DNA from: Thermodesulfobacteriota bacterium
GTDB taxonomy: Bacteria > Desulfobacterota_D > UBA1144 > Nemesobacterales > Nemesobacteraceae
Reading direction: 5' to 3'
Assembly: GCA_965116075.1 (NCBI GenBank)
Contig: OZ220467.1
Span: 1,722,509-1,786,508 of the forward strand
Length of the DNA stretch: 64,000 nucleotides
Below, piece by piece: positions 1 to 11,086 of the stretch. The first letter of the stretch is position 1. Each line of letters begins with the position of its first letter. The position numbers and the translations under genes were made by a program. A model generated the notes under the pieces. It saw nothing but the letters and a program-made list of their open reading frames with translations, searched no databases and was not told the DNA's origin.

Positions 1-255
1 TGACTTTTGAACGCACCGAGACCCGAATCGTTGAGCCTGTTCTCTAAGAAGGTCCATAAGCTCTGGACCCATAACGCCTTGGGGAAACCCCGGGAAATTC
101 TCCACATCCGTAGTTGTAGTAAGCTGACCACCAGCCTCAGGCCCCTCAAGGACAAGGGGCTCAAGGTTAGCCCGCGCGGCATAGATGGCAGCCGTAAGTC
201 CCGCGGGACCAGATCCCATAATTACCATCTTATAACTTTCTTTCAGTTCACTCAC
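1..255 (-). CDS. trxB: Thioredoxin reductase, N-terminal part (runs off the window start)
   Basis: Not in the ORF track. Manual translation from GTG at 255: [70 protein letters not shown]-binding GSGPAG and GGQL...VENFPGF are TrxB signatures. GGAG RBS upstream. Confidence 0.93.
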   Translation of the reverse strand, partial: MSELKESYKMVIMGSGPAGLTAAIYAARANLEPLVLEGPEAGGQLTTTTDVENFPGFPQGVMGPELMDLLREQAQRFGSRCVQKS

Positions 256-347
256 TCTTTTCACTCCGCAATTTTTTCAAGGATGTGTATATTACTGCCA
301 TTAAGTGGTTTTTCAAGCAGAAAAACCCGTACAAGAAAATTACGAAT

Positions 348-1451
348 ATGACCAAATCTTTGAAGAAAACCCCTTTTTACGAAAAACAAAAAGCATGCGG
401 CGCAAGGTTCTGTGAAAGTTCGGAATTTTGTCTTCCACAAAATTATGGCAACCCATCCGCAGAGACCCAAAACGCAAGAAAAAACGTAGCGATAGTCGAC
501 ATCTCAAACAGATCAAAGATTGTTATTCGCGGCAGAGACCGCATAAAATTCCTACAAGGAATGCTTACAAACGATGTAAAGGAAAAAGCCGCAGGAACAG
601 GCGTCTACGCGACTTTACTGACGCCAAAAGGAAAGATGATTTCAGATATGAGAATATTTGTAGGCAAGCACTCTGTCTACATGGATATAGAACCTTGCAT
701 GGGCAGAGGAGTTGCGCAGATTCTTACCAGATTTAAGCTCTCCTATAAAACCGAAGTGGTTGATGTGACAGAGGAATACTGCGTGTTGCATGTGTGCGGT
801 CCCGATTCTTCAGAATTTATTGCCGATAAACTAGGTGTAAAAACCGCAGAGATGCGCGAGTACGACCACGCAGACACAAGCAACTGCCAACTCACAGTTG
901 CCAAGATAAATAGAACAGGTGAAACCGGTTTTGACCTACTCTTTGAAAATCACGATGCTCTTGCAGTATGGGAATTACTATCTCTAGATTATAGTGACTG
1001 CGTTTCTCTTTTTGGCCTAGACTCTCTGGAAACTTTGAGAATAGAAGCTGGGATTCCTATCTATGGAAAAGATATGGATTCCTCCACCATACCAATTGAA
1101 GCCGGAATATGGAACGCTCTTGACTTTGAAAAGGGATGCTATATCGGACAGGAAGTCATAGCAAGAATAAAATGGAGGGGAAGAGTTAACTGGCATCTTG
1201 CCTACTTTGCAGCGGATCAAGGTACGAATGTCTCTGTTGGTGATGAACTTTTGGCTAGAGGGAAAAAAGTGGGAAGAATAACATCATCTGCCTTCTCTTC
1301 TTTATTTGGAAAGAATATCGCTTTGGGCTACATAAGAAGAGAGTTTCGAGATTTTAAGGAAAAACTGACCATTAATAGGGAAACCAATGATGAAAAAGCC
1401 TTGGAGAAAGTAACGATTCTTGAAGAACCTGTCTGGGACCATTTTAAATAG
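348..1451 (+). CDS. ygfZ: YgfZ/GcvT-like folate-binding protein
   Basis: GcvT-type N-terminus (KTPFYE, FLQGMLTNDV, TGETGFDL) and YgfZ signature KGCYIGQE. Start placed at MTKSLKK (348). Confidence 0.8.
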   Translation: MTKSLKKTPFYEKQKACGARFCESSEFCLPQNYGNPSAETQNARKNVAIVDISNRSKIVIRGRDRIKFLQGMLTNDVKEKAAGTGVYATLLTPKGKMISDMRIFVGKHSVYMDIEPCMGRGVAQILTRFKLSYKTEVVDVTEEYCVLHVCGPDSSEFIADKLGVKTAEMREYDHADTSNCQLTVAKINRTGETGFDLLFENHDALAVWELLSLDYSDCVSLFGLDSLETLRIEAGIPIYGKDMDSSTIPIEAGIWNALDFEKGCYIGQEVIARIKWRGRVNWHLAYFAADQGTNVSVGDELLARGKKVGRITSSAFSSLFGKNIALGYIRREFRDFKEKLTINRETNDEKALEKVTILEEPVWDHFK

Positions 1452-1578
1452 TTAAAAGTTGTGTTAAAATATTTTGGGTTAACAGTGTTCGATTTCTATG
1501 TCTTAGGTCTTCAACATGGTTTCGGCATCGCCGCCGGACGCTACTCATTTCAGAAGGAAAATTGAGGTATTCGAAAAG

Positions 1579-2619
1579 ATGAATTTTTTTGAGAGCATCA
1601 TAAGGTCTTTTTCAAACGATTTAGCAATTGATCTTGGAACCGCAAACACGCTAGTGTACTCAAGGGGAAAGGGGATAGTCTTAAACGAACCTTCTGTGGT
1701 TGCTCTGCAAGAGATTCCAGGGCAAAGACCTAAACTCATGGCTGTAGGCACAAAAGCAAGAGAGATGCTAGGAAGGACACCCGGTGCAATAAAGGCCATA
1801 AGGCCGCTTCGCGACGGGGTTATCGCCGATTTCGACGCCGCGCAGAAAATGATCGAATATTTTATAAAGAAATGTAACAGCAACAAGATAGAACTCCTGC
1901 GTCCAAGAATAATAGTATCGGTTCCTCTGCAGATTACTGAAGTGGAAAAAAGGGCTGTTAAGGAATCTGCAGAAGCCGCTGGGGCGAGAAAAGTGTATAT
2001 TATTGAGGAGACAATGTGCGCCGCCATAGGATGTGGAATGGACGTTAACGAGCCTGCTGGAAAAATGATAGTTGACATAGGAGGTGGTACAACTGGAATA
2101 GCGATAATTGCTCTGTCTGGAATAGTCGTAAGCGAATCAATAAAAGTTGGTGGAGACAAAATGGACGAAGCCATACAGCAATGGGTGAAAAAAAAATACG
2201 GACTTATAATCGGATATAGAGCCGCAGAGGAATTAAAGAAAAAGTTCTCAACTCAACCGGATATAGCGAACAAGAAGATTCAGTTAAAAGTAACCGGAAG
2301 AGATAGTATCTCCGGGGTCCCAACGACATGCTCAATTGATATAGATGAGATCCCCGAAGCCTTGCAAACCCCCTCAAATCTAATAGTTGACGCTATCATG
2401 CGGACACTTGAAAAAACTCCTCCAGAACTTTCAGCTGACGTGTACGAAACAGGAATAGTGATGGCGGGAGGTGGCTCACTTTTACGGGGGCTGAGTGTCA
2501 GCATAGAGAAAAGAACCGGCATTAAAACAAGAAGGCCGGAAAACCCACTTGACTGCGTGGTAATGGGGTCGGGAAAAGCCCTAGAAGATTTAAACCTCCT
2601 CAAGTCCGTCGCAACATAG
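1579..2619 (+). CDS. mreB: Rod shape-determining protein MreB
   Basis: DLGTANT, IRPLRDGVIADF, DIGGGTT, AGGGSLL actin-like motifs. GAGGT RBS before ATG at 1579. Confidence 0.97.
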   Translation: MNFFESIIRSFSNDLAIDLGTANTLVYSRGKGIVLNEPSVVALQEIPGQRPKLMAVGTKAREMLGRTPGAIKAIRPLRDGVIADFDAAQKMIEYFIKKCNSNKIELLRPRIIVSVPLQITEVEKRAVKESAEAAGARKVYIIEETMCAAIGCGMDVNEPAGKMIVDIGGGTTGIAIIALSGIVVSESIKVGGDKMDEAIQQWVKKKYGLIIGYRAAEELKKKFSTQPDIANKKIQLKVTGRDSISGVPTTCSIDIDEIPEALQTPSNLIVDAIMRTLEKTPPELSADVYETGIVMAGGGSLLRGLSVSIEKRTGIKTRRPENPLDCVVMGSGKALEDLNLLKSVAT

Positions 2620-2917
2620 AGTCTTTTACGCACGCAACTTCAGAACTCGGTTAAATAGAAACTTTTAGAAACAACATATATAACCTACGCCCATTATAGA
2701 TCTGCATACGTATCTTTAATGCATCTTTATATTACCACGGAATCCCCTTCTAGCCGTAAAAAGTTGGACTTCAAACCCTAATTTCTTCCCGCCACTCTGT
2801 CCTTTCGCACACACACATAATCAGATTTTCATCACCCAACTTCGCATTTACTTATACACGTAGTGATCTGATTTTGATCGCAATAGAAAAATCTTAGACT
2901 ATTAACAACATATTGTA

Positions 2918-2946
2918 TTGACAAATCCTGTAGAAACTGTATATAG
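2918..2946 (+). promoter_or_regulatory. Candidate sigma70 promoter inside the mreB-mreC gap
   Basis: TTGACA at 2918-2923 followed 16-17 nt later by an AT-rich TATATAG. Confidence 0.4.
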
Positions 2947-3217
2947 GTATATTTAAGTATAAAAAAGATATTTTTTTGAAGCGTCAAAACATTGTCAGTT
3001 AAACCACAAATTAGGAGGTATTTCCTAGGAAAATTTAAGAGTTTGTAAACGTTTTTATTTTCTGAGGAAAAACATGTCCTTAGTCGTCATGAAAACCGCA
3101 AATGAGGTCAGTCTTGTTTCAACGTCAAACTTGGTTTGCACATCGTTTTCGTGTCTGGTGCTTTGTTCTGTTTTAGCGCCTAGGGTTAGTGTGAATATTT
3201 AATATAACCTAAAGTGT

Positions 3218-4075
3218 ATGAAGAGATTTTTAAGTAAAAACCAGTTTTCTCTCTACTTTATTCTGGTAGTGCTATTTATCAACTTGGTTCCGCTAGCCTT
3301 TGATCTGGCAAACAAAGAGGATGGTTATGCCACAAGGCTTATGCTGGGAATGAACAGAAGTTCTGGGGCTCTTGTAAATCACATCAAAGATAAAACAAGT
3401 TATTACTGGGACCATTATATTCACCTTTCAAATACCAGTATAGAGAACTCTCTACTCAAGAAACAACTTCAGGAAATGGAATCGCAGAGTCTTTTAATTG
3501 AGGAGTTGCGACTTGAAAACAATAGGCTCAAGACCCTACTTGACTACAAAGATTCTTCCGCTTCAAAAACGTCCATGGCCAAAGTCACGGGTGGAAGCCC
3601 TTCTGTCGTGGAACCCGGTTTTCTTACAATAGATAAAGGGAAGTCTGATGGAATAAACAAAGGGTTCCCGGTGATGAGCAACTCAAAGGTTGTTGGAACT
3701 GTATACTCGGTGAGCGCAAAAAACTCATTGGTGATGCTTATAACAAACCCTTTGAGCGTGGTTGACGCTATTGTTCAGAGAACGCGCTTACGGGGAATCG
3801 TAACCGGTGCGGGGAACAACTATATAATGAAATATATTGATCCAGAAGGAGATATTGTAGTTGGAGACAAAATCATATCTTCTGGCAAAGACGCTATTTT
3901 CCCTAAAAGCGCAATCATAGGAACGGTTACTAAAGTTGAACAGGATGATGGAGGATTAAAAAAAGCTCTAATAAAGCCTGAAATTGATATTGGCAAGATT
4001 GAAGAAGTGCTTGTTGTTATGCCATCTTCTAAAGAACTGGCAGAAACTCGCCCGGATATAAAAATCCGGCAATGA
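3218..4075 (+). CDS. mreC: Rod shape-determining protein MreC
   Basis: N-terminal TM helix, coiled coil (LRLENNRLKTLL), IDKGKSDGI, IVVGDKIISSG..IFP; operon position. Confidence 0.92.
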   Translation: MKRFLSKNQFSLYFILVVLFINLVPLAFDLANKEDGYATRLMLGMNRSSGALVNHIKDKTSYYWDHYIHLSNTSIENSLLKKQLQEMESQSLLIEELRLENNRLKTLLDYKDSSASKTSMAKVTGGSPSVVEPGFLTIDKGKSDGINKGFPVMSNSKVVGTVYSVSAKNSLVMLITNPLSVVDAIVQRTRLRGIVTGAGNNYIMKYIDPEGDIVVGDKIISSGKDAIFPKSAIIGTVTKVEQDDGGLKKALIKPEIDIGKIEEVLVVMPSSKELAETRPDIKIRQ

Positions 4076-4569
4076 AAAATACGTTATCGTTTTTTTTCTA
4101 CTTGTTTTGTTGCTTTGGTTTCTTTATCTTTCAGACCAAGGTCATACCCGAAAGTTCCTTAGGTAAGTTCACGCCAGACTTAAATTTAATACTGGTAATC
4201 TGCCTTGCGGTTGAGACGGGGACTTCATACCTTTTCGTCCTCGCTGCGCTAAACGGCTGGTTTATAGATGCCTCAGTAGGAAACACCGTTGGAATTCATA
4301 CTCTCACAAGACTGGCCATATTTCTTATTATACGTATTGGCATACGTAATATCAGGTTAAGTGATAATTCACCCTTATCCCTTCCTATCATGCTATCATC
4401 AGGAACTTTACTTGTTTTCCTGTTTAAAATGCTTGCGGAGCAATATGGTCAAGTTGACTATCCTTATTTAAACCTTGAACTATTTGTCTATCAGGTTGTC
4501 ATCAATACTGTAGTTGGAGTTCCAACAATAAAGATCCTAAAGAAAATCAATGTATTTATTAAAAAGTAG
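4072..4569 (+). CDS. mreD: Rod shape-determining protein MreD
   Basis: Hydrophobic 165 aa with PDLNLILV motif, between mreC and mrdA, overlapping both. Confidence 0.75.
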   Translation: MKNTLSFFFYLFCCFGFFIFQTKVIPESSLGKFTPDLNLILVICLAVETGTSYLFVLAALNGWFIDASVGNTVGIHTLTRLAIFLIIRIGIRNIRLSDNSPLSLPIMLSSGTLLVFLFKMLAEQYGQVDYPYLNLELFVYQVVINTVVGVPTIKILKKINVFIKK

Positions 4570-6340
4570 GCTACTAAAAGTCTGTTTTCTGCCTCTGCTT
4601 GCCTTCCTTGTCTTTTCCGCAAGGTTCTACTATCTTCAGATATACAAGGGCGAGCAGTACAGAAATTTCTCCCGTGACAACATCCTCAGGACAATTCAAC
4701 TTCCCGCTCCAAGAGGACGCATTCTAGATAGAAATGGGAAAAAGATTGTCTACAACAGACCGTCGTTTAGCATCTATGCATTTCCAAACGAGATAGACGA
4801 CCCTCTTGAGCTCTCAGAAAAACTTTCCAAGGCAGTAGAAATTCAACAGGAAAAACTTACGGAAAAACTCACAAAAATTACTAATAGAAGAAGTTTTTAT
4901 CCAGTTCTCATAGCATCGGATATAAGTTGGGAAGAACTTCTTCGGTTTGAAAGAAACAAACCAGAACTTAAAGGATTGATACTTGAACTTGGATACAAAA
5001 GGCATTACCCCAATGGAGATTTAGCCGCTCCGCTTCTAGGTTACTTAGGGTTTGCCACCGAAGATGAGATAAAACCTGACAAAAGGATCAGTCCACAAAC
5101 CCTATTGGGAAAAACAGGAGTGGAAAAGGCCTTTGACGATGAAATTCGAGGTACTAGAGGTCTCAAAAGCGTGACTGTAGACGCGCATGGCAAAATAGTC
5201 TCCAATTCCTTTTTTCCCACTGCCACGAGCAGGAAAGCAAGGAAAATGCTTCCTGGCAAAGACATTTATCTTACCATTGATCTAGATGTTCAAAAAGTTG
5301 CCGAAAAAGCTCTCGGCGAAGAAAGGGGATCCATAATAGTAATGGATGTAAGAAATGGGGAGATTCTGGCTATGGTCAGCCATCCAAACTATTCTCTAGA
5401 AAAAGTATCAGGCCGTATTTCGCAGGACATGTGGAAAAAATTTGAACAAGAAAAGTCATCTCCTTTCCTCAACCGCGCAACGCAAGGTATCTACCCTCCA
5501 GGATCAGTCTTGAAAATAGTTACCGCCCTTGCTCTGCTTAAGGAAAAAATAGCAGACCCGACAGTTCCAGTGCAATGCCCTGGCTATTTTATACTTAACC
5601 AAAAAAGATTTAATTGCTGGCGTAAAGAAGGTCATGGACCCACGGATCTAAAAAAAGCTCTTGCCGAATCCTGTGACGTCTACTTCTATAAACGTTCTCT
5701 CCAACTCGGGGCTCAAAAACTTCATAATTACATTGAGAAATTCGGGTTCGGAAAAAAAACTGACATAGTCCTACCGGAAAAAACAGGAATTAATCCCTCA
5801 CCTTCTTGGAAAAGAAAAAATCTCAAAAAACCTTGGTATTTGGGTGAAACGCTGATTATGTCCATAGGTCAAGGGTACTTAACCACAACCCCTATTCAAA
5901 TAAGCGTTATGACAGCGGCAGTGGCAAATGGAGGCAAGCTTGTAAAACCTGTACTGAGAAAAGAGCATCAAACGGAATCAACGACAAAGCCGACCACTAT
6001 GGTTGAAGGTCTTGATGAAAAATCCCTCTCTTTTCTGAAGGATTCTCTATACAGAGCAGTAAACGGATACAGGGGAACAGGAGCTTTGGCCAGATCAAAC
6101 AAAGTTTCTATTTCAGGTAAAACTGGAACAGCGCAAGTAGTATCCTCCAGCATTAAATCAAAGGAGAAACGGTTTATGGATCATGCGTTATTCACCTCAT
6201 ACGCGCCTTCAGACTCCCCGGAAATTTCTGTTACGATTGTGGTTGAAAACGGGGGTAGCGGTGGCCTAGTAGCAGCGCCGATGGCAAAGAAAATCTTTGA
6301 AGCTTATTTTAAGTTAAAAGAGAATCGCAATGAAATTTGA
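4550..6340 (+). CDS. mrdA: Penicillin-binding protein 2
   Basis: RGRILDRNG, YPPGSVLK (SxxK), SCDVYFY (SxD), GKTGTAQV. Confidence 0.95.
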   Translation: MYLLKSRLLKVCFLPLLAFLVFSARFYYLQIYKGEQYRNFSRDNILRTIQLPAPRGRILDRNGKKIVYNRPSFSIYAFPNEIDDPLELSEKLSKAVEIQQEKLTEKLTKITNRRSFYPVLIASDISWEELLRFERNKPELKGLILELGYKRHYPNGDLAAPLLGYLGFATEDEIKPDKRISPQTLLGKTGVEKAFDDEIRGTRGLKSVTVDAHGKIVSNSFFPTATSRKARKMLPGKDIYLTIDLDVQKVAEKALGEERGSIIVMDVRNGEILAMVSHPNYSLEKVSGRISQDMWKKFEQEKSSPFLNRATQGIYPPGSVLKIVTALALLKEKIADPTVPVQCPGYFILNQKRFNCWRKEGHGPTDLKKALAESCDVYFYKRSLQLGAQKLHNYIEKFGFGKKTDIVLPEKTGINPSPSWKRKNLKKPWYLGETLIMSIGQGYLTTTPIQISVMTAAVANGGKLVKPVLRKEHQTESTTKPTTMVEGLDEKSLSFLKDSLYRAVNGYRGTGALARSNKVSISGKTGTAQVVSSSIKSKEKRFMDHALFTSYAPSDSPEISVTIVVENGGSGGLVAAPMAKKIFEAYFKLKENRNEI

Positions 6341-7412
6341 ACTGTCCAACCTGACGAGATCAAATTGGATATTGATGCTTCTGTTACTACTCTGTGCAAC
6401 GGGACTAGCCAACCTGTACAGTATTTCCCTAGATACAGAACTTGGCATATTCAAAAAACAGATGACATGGGTGGTTATTGGAATCGTTGTAGCGACGGTT
6501 ATAAGTTTCATCAAGCCTGCCAACATAAAAAGACTATCCATGGCCTTTTACATAGTCTGTTTCATTTTTTTGGTATTGACCCTTGTTTTCGGAAAAACAG
6601 TATCCGGTTCTCAGAGTTGGTTTCAATTAGGCCCTGTGTCAATACAACCTTCTGAATTCATGAAAATCGCTATAATAGTGGCAATTGCAAACTATTACGA
6701 TAATCATCTCGTCCCATTAGGCGGGTACAATCTCAAAAGCATAGCAAAACCCCTCTTACTTCTACTTCTTCCAGTCGGTGTTGTACTTATGCAACCAGAC
6801 ACAGGAACGGCATTAACCATTTTTCTTATAGGAATAAGCATGATTCTTTTTCTCGGTATCAGCAGGGCGTCAATGGCCAAAATTATAATAATCCTTCTTA
6901 TATCAGTCATACCCGTATGGCATCTCGGAATAAAGGAATATCAAAAACAACGTATATATTCCTTTTTAGGAATTCACTCAGATCCACATGGGGTAAGTTA
7001 CAACCTAATCCAGTCTCAGATCGCTATAGGTTCTGGCATGGGCTATGGAAAAGGATTTTCCCTGGGGTCACAATCAAATCTGAGCTTTTTACCTGCAAAT
7101 CACACAGATTTCGCATTCTCGGTAATTGCCGAGGAATGGGGTTTTCGAGGATCAGTGTTTGTTCTCCTTTTGTATTTTTCAATAGTTCTTCTCATTCTCA
7201 CTACATCAATGTCTTATGAAGAGAACTTTCCGATAATCACATGCTTTGGAATAGCAGCGATGTTTTTCTGGCATGGAGTGATAAACATAGCCATGATAAC
7301 AGGACTCCTACCTACCATAGGCACCCCGCTTTTTCTAATAAGTTATGGGGGATCATCCGTGTTAACCGCGTTTATCGGGATCGGAATTGTGCTGTGCCTG
7401 AGAAAGAAGTAA
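6330..7412 (+). CDS. rodA: SEDS peptidoglycan glycosyltransferase RodA
   Basis: IQPSEFMK, QPDTGTA, HTDFAFSV, SYGGSS; follows mrdA. Confidence 0.95.
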   Translation: MKFELSNLTRSNWILMLLLLLCATGLANLYSISLDTELGIFKKQMTWVVIGIVVATVISFIKPANIKRLSMAFYIVCFIFLVLTLVFGKTVSGSQSWFQLGPVSIQPSEFMKIAIIVAIANYYDNHLVPLGGYNLKSIAKPLLLLLLPVGVVLMQPDTGTALTIFLIGISMILFLGISRASMAKIIIILLISVIPVWHLGIKEYQKQRIYSFLGIHSDPHGVSYNLIQSQIAIGSGMGYGKGFSLGSQSNLSFLPANHTDFAFSVIAEEWGFRGSVFVLLLYFSIVLLILTTSMSYEENFPIITCFGIAAMFFWHGVINIAMITGLLPTIGTPLFLISYGGSSVLTAFIGIGIVLCLRKK

Positions 7413-7639
7413 GCCCATGGAAAACTCGTCATTATAAAAACAAACATAACGTCAAAAAAGGCTACAATGCAATGCCTCCAAAATACGAAATTCTTGACAG
7501 AGAATCAACATAGGATACAATCTAGCCTAACTTAGGATTTGGGGAATAACGAACAGACTTTTTCCCAAATTGATTGATTTTTACGAGAAATATCTTCAAG
7601 AATATCTTCATCTATATTTGAAAATAAACTCTTTAAATT

Positions 7640-8458
7640 ATGCGGAGGTTTTTTGTTTTTGTTAGCATTATGATTGCCTCAAATACGGGTTTATTTCTTG
7701 CTGTACCTAAAAGCCACTCCATCTCCAATGTAAACGATTTGGAGGATATAGGATTTGAAGAGAAGTTCGGCGAGTCAATTGACTTGAGCGTGCAACTGGT
7801 GCAAATAGATGGACGGCCAGTGAGCATATCTTCGTTCTTTAGGCAAGAAAAGCCAGTGGTTCTAAACCTAGCGTATTTTACTTGTCCGACAATTTGTCTT
7901 CTAGGAACCGATGGGGTGCTTGAGGTCGTAAACGGGCTTGATTCATTCAGGCCCAGGAAGGATTATACGATTTTGACTGTAAGTTTTGATCCTGAGGAGC
8001 CAGTTAGCGTGATAAGCGCCAAGGCGGACCAATACAGAAACGCGCTTGCGGGAGGCGTAGAAGAATCTAGTGATTGGCATTTTCTCACCGCGACGCAAGA
8101 AAATATACTGAAACTGACCAACTCCGTGGGATTTCGCTTCCGGGAGGATGGAGATGAGTTTGCTCATCCATCGGGAATCATTGTGCTCACGCCTGAAGGT
8201 ACGATTTCTCGCTATTTATACGGCATTGAATATGACCCGCGTAATTTTAAACTATCCCTGATAGAAGCTTCGGAGGGTAAGATAGGCTCTTCAGAACTTC
8301 TTAATAAAGTGATTATGTTTTGTTATCAATTTGATCCCATAGGAAAGAGATACGCTCTTGCGGCCCTAAACGTCGTAAAGGCGGGAGGCATGATAACTCT
8401 CGCGGTTCTCACTGCGTTTCTTTGCATTATGTGGAGAAGAGAGAAGAAAATTTTTTAA
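7640..8458 (+). CDS. SCO family copper chaperone
   Basis: CPTIC (CxxxC), VSFDP, distal His (FAHP); first gene of the cox cluster. Confidence 0.9.
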   Translation: MRRFFVFVSIMIASNTGLFLAVPKSHSISNVNDLEDIGFEEKFGESIDLSVQLVQIDGRPVSISSFFRQEKPVVLNLAYFTCPTICLLGTDGVLEVVNGLDSFRPRKDYTILTVSFDPEEPVSVISAKADQYRNALAGGVEESSDWHFLTATQENILKLTNSVGFRFREDGDEFAHPSGIIVLTPEGTISRYLYGIEYDPRNFKLSLIEASEGKIGSSELLNKVIMFCYQFDPIGKRYALAALNVVKAGGMITLAVLTAFLCIMWRREKKIF

Positions 8459-8484
8459 TTATCCGCGGAGGTTGTAAAACATAA

Positions 8485-9432
8485 ATGTCCACCTGGATAC
8501 CGGAATCTGCATCTAATCTCGCCGCAAGCGTTGACAACATAACCTTATTCGTGACGGTTGTATCGGTATTTTTCTTCGTCCTGATCTCAGTTGTCCTCGT
8601 GGTTTTCTCAATAAAATATAGGAGAAAAAGCGAAGACCAGCAGACCTCATACATAACGCACAATTTGGTTTTTGAAACCATATGGACAATAATTCCAACT
8701 ATACTGCTCATGGTTATTTTTGCGTGGGGATGGATAGCTTTTAAAGAACTCCGAAATCCTCCCGCAGAAGCCGTTGACGTGAATTTAACGGCGAAACAGT
8801 GGCTATGGGAGTTTTCGTATCTTGACGGCAGAAAATCTCTAAATGAACTTTTTGTTCAGCAGAATAAACCTGTGAGGCTCATAATGAGATCAGATGACGT
8901 GCTTCACAGTTTTTTTGTGCCACAGTTCCGAGTAAAACAAGATATTTTGCCGGGCAATTACACACAACTTTGGTTTACGCCGACCAAGGTGGGCACCTTT
9001 GATCTTCTGTGTGCGGAATACTGCGGTTCTGGACACTCTCAGATGCTTGCAAAGGTAACCGTCCTGAGCCCGGAAGCGTTTGCAAGATGGGAAAAAGGAG
9101 ATGAGTTTGCAGACCAGGGAATGGCGGTAGCCGCAGTTGTATCTCCCGCAGAACTTGGAAAAGACCTTTACTCACAAAGAGGTTGCCTTGCATGTCACAG
9201 CATAGACGGTAAGGAAGTTATCGGACCAACTTTCAAGAATCTTTATGGAAAGACGGAAACGCTTGCGGACGATTCCACGGTACTTGTCGATGAAAACTAT
9301 TTGATGGAATCAATTTACGAACCAAATGCGAAGATGGTCAAGGGTTATCCACCCACTATGCCTTCGTTCAAGGGAATACTTACAGAGAAAGAAGTCACAG
9401 CTATTATTGAATACATAAAAACCCTTAAATAG
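8485..9432 (+). CDS. coxB: Cytochrome c oxidase subunit II with fused cytochrome c (caa3 type)
   Basis: CuA ligands DVLHSF and CAEYCGSGHSQM; C-terminal CLACH heme c motif. Confidence 0.96.
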   Translation: MSTWIPESASNLAASVDNITLFVTVVSVFFFVLISVVLVVFSIKYRRKSEDQQTSYITHNLVFETIWTIIPTILLMVIFAWGWIAFKELRNPPAEAVDVNLTAKQWLWEFSYLDGRKSLNELFVQQNKPVRLIMRSDDVLHSFFVPQFRVKQDILPGNYTQLWFTPTKVGTFDLLCAEYCGSGHSQMLAKVTVLSPEAFARWEKGDEFADQGMAVAAVVSPAELGKDLYSQRGCLACHSIDGKEVIGPTFKNLYGKTETLADDSTVLVDENYLMESIYEPNAKMVKGYPPTMPSFKGILTEKEVTAIIEYIKTLK

Positions 9433-9458
9433 GAAGAAATCTGCTCTAGGAGGAAAAA

Positions 9459-11066
9459 ATGGCAAACGGAGTCATGACGCACAATCAGCACACATCGTTT
9501 CTGGCTCAACAAGGTTGGAAGTCGTGGATACTGACGACAGACCACAAAAGGATTGGGATTCTTTATTTGATATCTATATCGTTCTTCTTCCTTATCGCTG
9601 GATTAACCGCTCTGGGAATGAGATACGAACTTATGACCCCAGAGCTTGATTTTTTTAGAAACCCGACTGAATACAACGTAGCTTTCACTTTGCACGGCTC
9701 TCTGATGGTTTTTTTCTTTATCGTTCCTGGAATCGCAGCAAGTTTTGGCAACTTCCTCATACCGCTTATGATTGGGGCGAGGGATGTGGCGTTTCCGAGA
9801 ATCAATTTACTCAGTTTCTGGATATATCTCGTCGGAACGGCAATTCTGCTTTCTGCGCTTCTCCAGCCAGCCGATACCGGATGGACGTTTTACACCCCCT
9901 ATAGCATACAATCTGGCACAAAGGTGATCATGATAACTCTAGGGGTTTTCGTTCTTGGGTTTTCATCAATACTGACGGGAATGAATTTTATAGTGACCAT
10001 CCACAAGTTAAGAGCTCCTGGAATGACTTGGGGTAGACTACCGCTTTTTGTCTGGGCATCCTACGCAACCGCAATACTTCAGTTGCTCGCAACTCCCGTT
10101 GTAGGTATCACTCTGCTTTTACTTATAGCCGAACGGGCACTTGATATAGGTTTTTTTGACCCGGCAAAGGGAGGAGACCCTATACTGTTTCAGAACTTCT
10201 TCTGGTTCTACTCACATCCCGCAGTATATATAATGGTCATACCGGCTTTTGGAATAATATCGGAGATAATTCCCGTTTTTGCGAGAAAACCTATTTTCGG
10301 ATACAAGGCCATTGCGTACTCAAGTTTCGCAATAGCCATAATAAGTTTCTTTGTATGGTTACACCACATGTTTGTAAGCGGAATATCGGAAATAGCAGCA
10401 GGTATTTTCTCATTCCTTACAATGCTCGTCGCTATTCCAACGGCTATAAAGGTGTTTAACTGGACAGCAACTCTATATAAAGGATCCATAGATTTTCACT
10501 CATCAATGCTTTACGCGTTATCATTCATAGTGCTTTTCACCGTAGGAGGTCTTACTGGAGTCTACTTAGGAGCGCTTGCGGTTGATGTTCATTTGCATGA
10601 CACCTATTTTGTGGTCGCTCACATGCACTACGTGATGATAGGAGGGACGGTCATGGGGTTTTTCGGAGCCCTTCATTTCTGGTATCAGAAATGGTTCGGA
10701 AGAGTATTCAATGAACTCATGGCGAAGATTTCATGGTTTTTGGTATTCGTAGGATTCAATGTGACGTTTTTCCCTCAATTCTTCATGGGCTTTCAGGGAA
10801 TGCCAAGAAGATATGCCACCTACCCAGTTGAATATACGTCCTATCACTCGCTTTCAACATATGGATCATGGATCCTCGGACTCGGTGTTATTATAATGAC
10901 AGTGAACCTTATCCTTCCTCTACTGAAAAAAGCGGAAGGACCGTTACCGTCCAATCCGTACGGTTCTCTCTCTCTTGAATGGCAGGTTCCTTCACCGCCA
11001 CCCCACGAGAACTTTGACAAAATACCAACTGTAACCGACTGGACCTATTCCTATGGGAAAAAATAG
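9459..11066 (+). CDS. coxA: Cytochrome c oxidase subunit I, A2 subtype
   Basis: DHKRIG, GWTFYTP, WFYSHPAVY (YS motif of A2 oxidases), WLHHM, HDTYFVVAHMHY. Confidence 0.97.
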   Translation: MANGVMTHNQHTSFLAQQGWKSWILTTDHKRIGILYLISISFFFLIAGLTALGMRYELMTPELDFFRNPTEYNVAFTLHGSLMVFFFIVPGIAASFGNFLIPLMIGARDVAFPRINLLSFWIYLVGTAILLSALLQPADTGWTFYTPYSIQSGTKVIMITLGVFVLGFSSILTGMNFIVTIHKLRAPGMTWGRLPLFVWASYATAILQLLATPVVGITLLLLIAERALDIGFFDPAKGGDPILFQNFFWFYSHPAVYIMVIPAFGIISEIIPVFARKPIFGYKAIAYSSFAIAIISFFVWLHHMFVSGISEIAAGIFSFLTMLVAIPTAIKVFNWTATLYKGSIDFHSSMLYALSFIVLFTVGGLTGVYLGALAVDVHLHDTYFVVAHMHYVMIGGTVMGFFGALHFWYQKWFGRVFNELMAKISWFLVFVGFNVTFFPQFFMGFQGMPRRYATYPVEYTSYHSLSTYGSWILGLGVIIMTVNLILPLLKKAEGPLPSNPYGSLSLEWQVPSPPPHENFDKIPTVTDWTYSYGKK

Positions 11067-11086
11067 AACGGAGGCTAATACGAGAA

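Noticed and set aside
7-351. 114-aa plus-strand ORF at the window start
   Set aside because: It is the antisense shadow of trxB, which is clear on the minus strand.
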